Assembly (NCBI GenBank): GCA_964291495.2
Contig: OZ219871.1
Coordinates: 1,088,001-1,152,000, forward strand
Length of the DNA: 64,000 bases
DNA from: Dehalococcoidia bacterium
GTDB taxonomy: Bacteria > Chloroflexota > Dehalococcoidia > UBA2979
Reading direction: 5' to 3'
Positions within the stretch are counted from its first letter, which is position 1. The number at the start of each line of letters is the position of its first letter. Below are positions 61,789 to 64,000 of this stretch, piece after piece. Below the pieces are notes generated by a model, which ran no database searches, was not told the origin of the DNA, and saw only the letters and a list, made by a program, of their open reading frames with translations. The position numbers were made by a program, and so were the translations under genes.

Positions 61789-61816
61789 GGGCCTTCTCCC
61801 TCACCCTCTCCTTCAG

Positions 61817-62035
61817 GAGACCTCTGCAGAACCGTCAGTCCGGCTCGCCCTCCCCGTCATCCGGCTCGCCCTGCCTGTCATCCGGCCCCTTCCCGTCATT
61901 CCGGCGAAAGCCGGAATCCAGGCACGCCCACCTACCGCCGAGCCCCCAGAGCGCCCGCTGGCGCAACAGGCCCCGTTGGTGCAACGTGGCCCGGAGGCTC
62001 CCTCACCCTCCGCCCTCTCCCTCGGGGAGAGGGGA
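61817..62035. mobile_element. MITE-like element copy 4 with different REP cargo
   Basis: Left end GAGACCTCTGCAGAAC; ~21-bp tandem units ending in GTCATTCCGGCGAAAGCCGGAATCCAG; terminal CCCTCACCC..CCCTCTCCCTCGGGGAGAGGGG. Confidence 0.65.
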
Positions 62036-62041
62036 CAGATG

Positions 62042-63139
62042 CTAGTTCTGCCCGCCGCCGCCCGAGCCGCCGGAGCCGCCCTGGCCGCCGCCGCCGGACC
62101 CGCGCCTGCGCCTGCGACCGCCTCGACGCCCGCGACGGCGCCGGCGGGCGGGCTTCTGGCCCTCGCCCTCTGCGCGCTCGGGGCGCTGCTCCGCCGGCCG
62201 CTCGTCCCCGGCGGGACCGCCCGCCGGCGCGTCGACCGCCTCGAGGGTGGCGATCAGCCCCTCGCTGCGGCGTTGAGCCTGCCGCCGCACCGGCTCCTCG
62301 ACCTGGTCCTCGAGCTCCTCGGGGCGCACGGCGTTGCCGTACTGGCTCGACAGCTCCTCGGCGGTCATCTCGATCACTTCGCCGCCGTCGTCGAGGCGCA
62401 TCCGCACCTGGCCCTTGAGCGTGTTGTGGGCGATCACGCGCGCCCGGCCCACAGGGGTCGTGACGCGCTTGCCGACCTTCGGCAGCGTGCCGCGCAGGCG
62501 GCGGTACTCGTCCACCTCGTAGGAGAGGCAGCAGAGCAGGCGTCCGCAGACGCCCGAGATCTTCGTCGGGTTGGGGGGCAGGTCCTGCTCCTTGGCCATC
62601 CGCATCGAGATCGCGGGGAAGGTCGTCTGCCAGGTGCGGCAGCAGAGCGCGAGGCCGCACACGCCCACGTCGCCGAGCGCCTTCGCGCGGTCGCGGTCCC
62701 CGACCTGCCGCACGTCGACCTCGACGCCGAGCAGATCGCGGCACATGGAGGTGAACCAGCGGTGCTGGATGCGCTCCGGCGCGGAGAACGTGATGCGGCA
62801 GTGCGAGCCCGCGAGGTTGTAGGTCAGGCTCGCGACGCGCACCCGCGGGTCATTGCGCGTCGCGAGCTCCTGCGCGCGGCGTAAGTCCTCCAGCGCGCGC
62901 TCGCGGTTCTCCCGCCAGGCGTCCACGTCCTCGCCCGTGGCGAGGCGCTCGATGACGCGCAGTGGGCCCTCCGGCTCGGCGGCCAGCGTCTGGTCCGGCG
63001 TGACCACCACCCAGCCCAGCTGCTCGCCCTGCCCAAGGTTGACGACCACGTAGTCGCCCAGCGCCGGCTCGAGGTCGTCTGCGCTGCACCACGTCAGCGG
63101 CCCCGCCTCGGTGAAACGGATCCCGACAATGCCTTCCAT
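62042..63139 (-). CDS. PSP1/stage 0 sporulation YaaT (RicT) family protein
   Basis: RQVGDRDRAK..G.VG.CG..LCC, MAKEQ, KISGVCGRLLCCL.YE. Confidence 0.92.
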   Translation of the reverse strand: MEGIVGIRFTEAGPLTWCSADDLEPALGDYVVVNLGQGEQLGWVVVTPDQTLAAEPEGPLRVIERLATGEDVDAWRENRERALEDLRRAQELATRNDPRVRVASLTYNLAGSHCRITFSAPERIQHRWFTSMCRDLLGVEVDVRQVGDRDRAKALGDVGVCGLALCCRTWQTTFPAISMRMAKEQDLPPNPTKISGVCGRLLCCLSYEVDEYRRLRGTLPKVGKRVTTPVGRARVIAHNTLKGQVRMRLDDGGEVIEMTAEELSSQYGNAVRPEELEDQVEEPVRRQAQRRSEGLIATLEAVDAPAGGPAGDERPAEQRPERAEGEGQKPARRRRRGRRGGRRRRRGSGGGGQGGSGGSGGGGQN

Positions 63140-63190
63140 GTGGTCCCGGCGGTCGCGACGCGGGCCTCTGCCTCGCAGGCGAGGGCCTGC

Positions 63191-64000
63191 TCAGGCGGGC
63201 GGCGCGGCGGCCGGACGGGCCTCCTCTCGGCTTGACTCCGGTTCGTCGAACTGCAGCTGCGGGAGGTCCAGCATCAGCACCTCCAGCGCGAGCTGCGGGT
63301 TGGTGTTCTCGATCAGGTGGCGGCGCGTCCGCTCCGTGGCGCGCAGCGCCAGCACCGCCTCGCGAGGCGAGCACGCGGCCGGCGTGGCCTCGCTGCGGCC
63401 CTCGGCGTCCGCGACCGCCGCCAGCGTGTCGCGCCACCACCAGCGCCAGACATCGAGCGTCTCGAGGACCGCCTGCCGCTCGCGGCGCCACGAGCCGGCG
63501 AGCCGCCCGGCGTGGTCGAAGCGCTCGTTGCGCGACGCCGCGCAGAGCCTCCGCAGATCCTCGATCGCCGTCTCGCGCAGCTGGCGCTGCGCCGGATCGC
63601 GGTGCAGCCGCAGCGCGAGCCCGTAGCGCCCGCGGCCCTGCGCGGCCAGCTCGCGCGCCTCGTCCGCGCCGAGGCCTTCGATGTCCTCGGCGAGCGCCTC
63701 GGCGAGCGCGGCACGCGGCAGTGGCCGCAGCGTCAGCTCGCGGCAGCGCGAGCGGATCGTCGGCAGCAGCTCGTCCGGGTCGACGGCCAGCAGGATCAGC
63801 AGCGCGCTGCCCGGCGGCTCCTCGAGCGTCTTGAGCAGCGACTGCGCCGCCTCGGTCTGCAGGTCGTTGGCGGTGTCGATGATGAAGATGCGCCGCGAGG
63901 CGTGGAACGGCGCGAGATTGGCGAGCTTCGAAAGGCGCCGCGCCTGGCAGATCCGGATCCGCGTCGAGCCGTCCGCCACGTGGTCGCGGTGCCCCTCCTC
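63191..64000 (-). CDS. holB: DNA polymerase III subunit delta' (3' part; start outside window)
   Basis: AAQSLLKTLEEPP, LLPTIRSRC, C-terminal N.QLALE; upstream of yaaT. Confidence 0.9.
   Translation of the reverse strand, partial: EEGHRDHVADGSTRIRICQARRLSKLANLAPFHASRRIFIIDTANDLQTEAAQSLLKTLEEPPGSALLILLAVDPDELLPTIRSRCRELTLRPLPRAALAEALAEDIEGLGADEARELAAQGRGRYGLALRLHRDPAQRQLRETAIEDLRRLCAASRNERFDHAGRLAGSWRRERQAVLETLDVWRWWWRDTLAAVADAEGRSEATPAACSPREAVLALRATERTRRHLIENTNPQLALEVLMLDLPQLQFDEPESSREEARPAAAPPA

Overview
High-GC bacterial chromosome segment. Gene order and content (tRNA-Thr/Tyr/Thr-tuf-rpmG-secE-nusG-rplK-rplA-rplJ-rplL with no rpoB following, a nuo operon lacking nuoEFG, F420-type LLM, many SDR/enolase paralogues) suggest Chloroflexota, probably Dehalococcoidia; this is inference. 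Most of the window is housekeeping: nuoABCDHIJKL, fhs, valS, thrB-lysC, thiolase, tmk, pdxST, trkA pair, pheA, fpg, ispDF, cysE-cysS, pntAAB, the tuf/ribosomal cluster, radC, yaaT and holB. Accessory parts are a solitary Type IIG-like restriction-modification gene between ispF and cysE, a lower-GC islet (pseudogene, secreted two-domain protein, Fic toxin pair) and two orphan antitoxins. The most unusual signals are non-coding. (1) valS has a candidate leaderless Val-codon leader peptide plus terminator, i.e. an attenuator, instead of a T-box. (2) A family of about 200-bp MITE-like elements shares GAGACCTTTGCGAAAC-type ends and carries interchangeable REP-like palindromic modules. (3) Copies of these palindromes appear inserted in frame inside the essential genes valS and probably tmk. 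Three single-base frameshifts (lysC, an AbrB-like gene, a Pro/Thr-rich surface protein) may be sequencing or assembly indels. All family calls come from reading motifs by eye; no searches were run.
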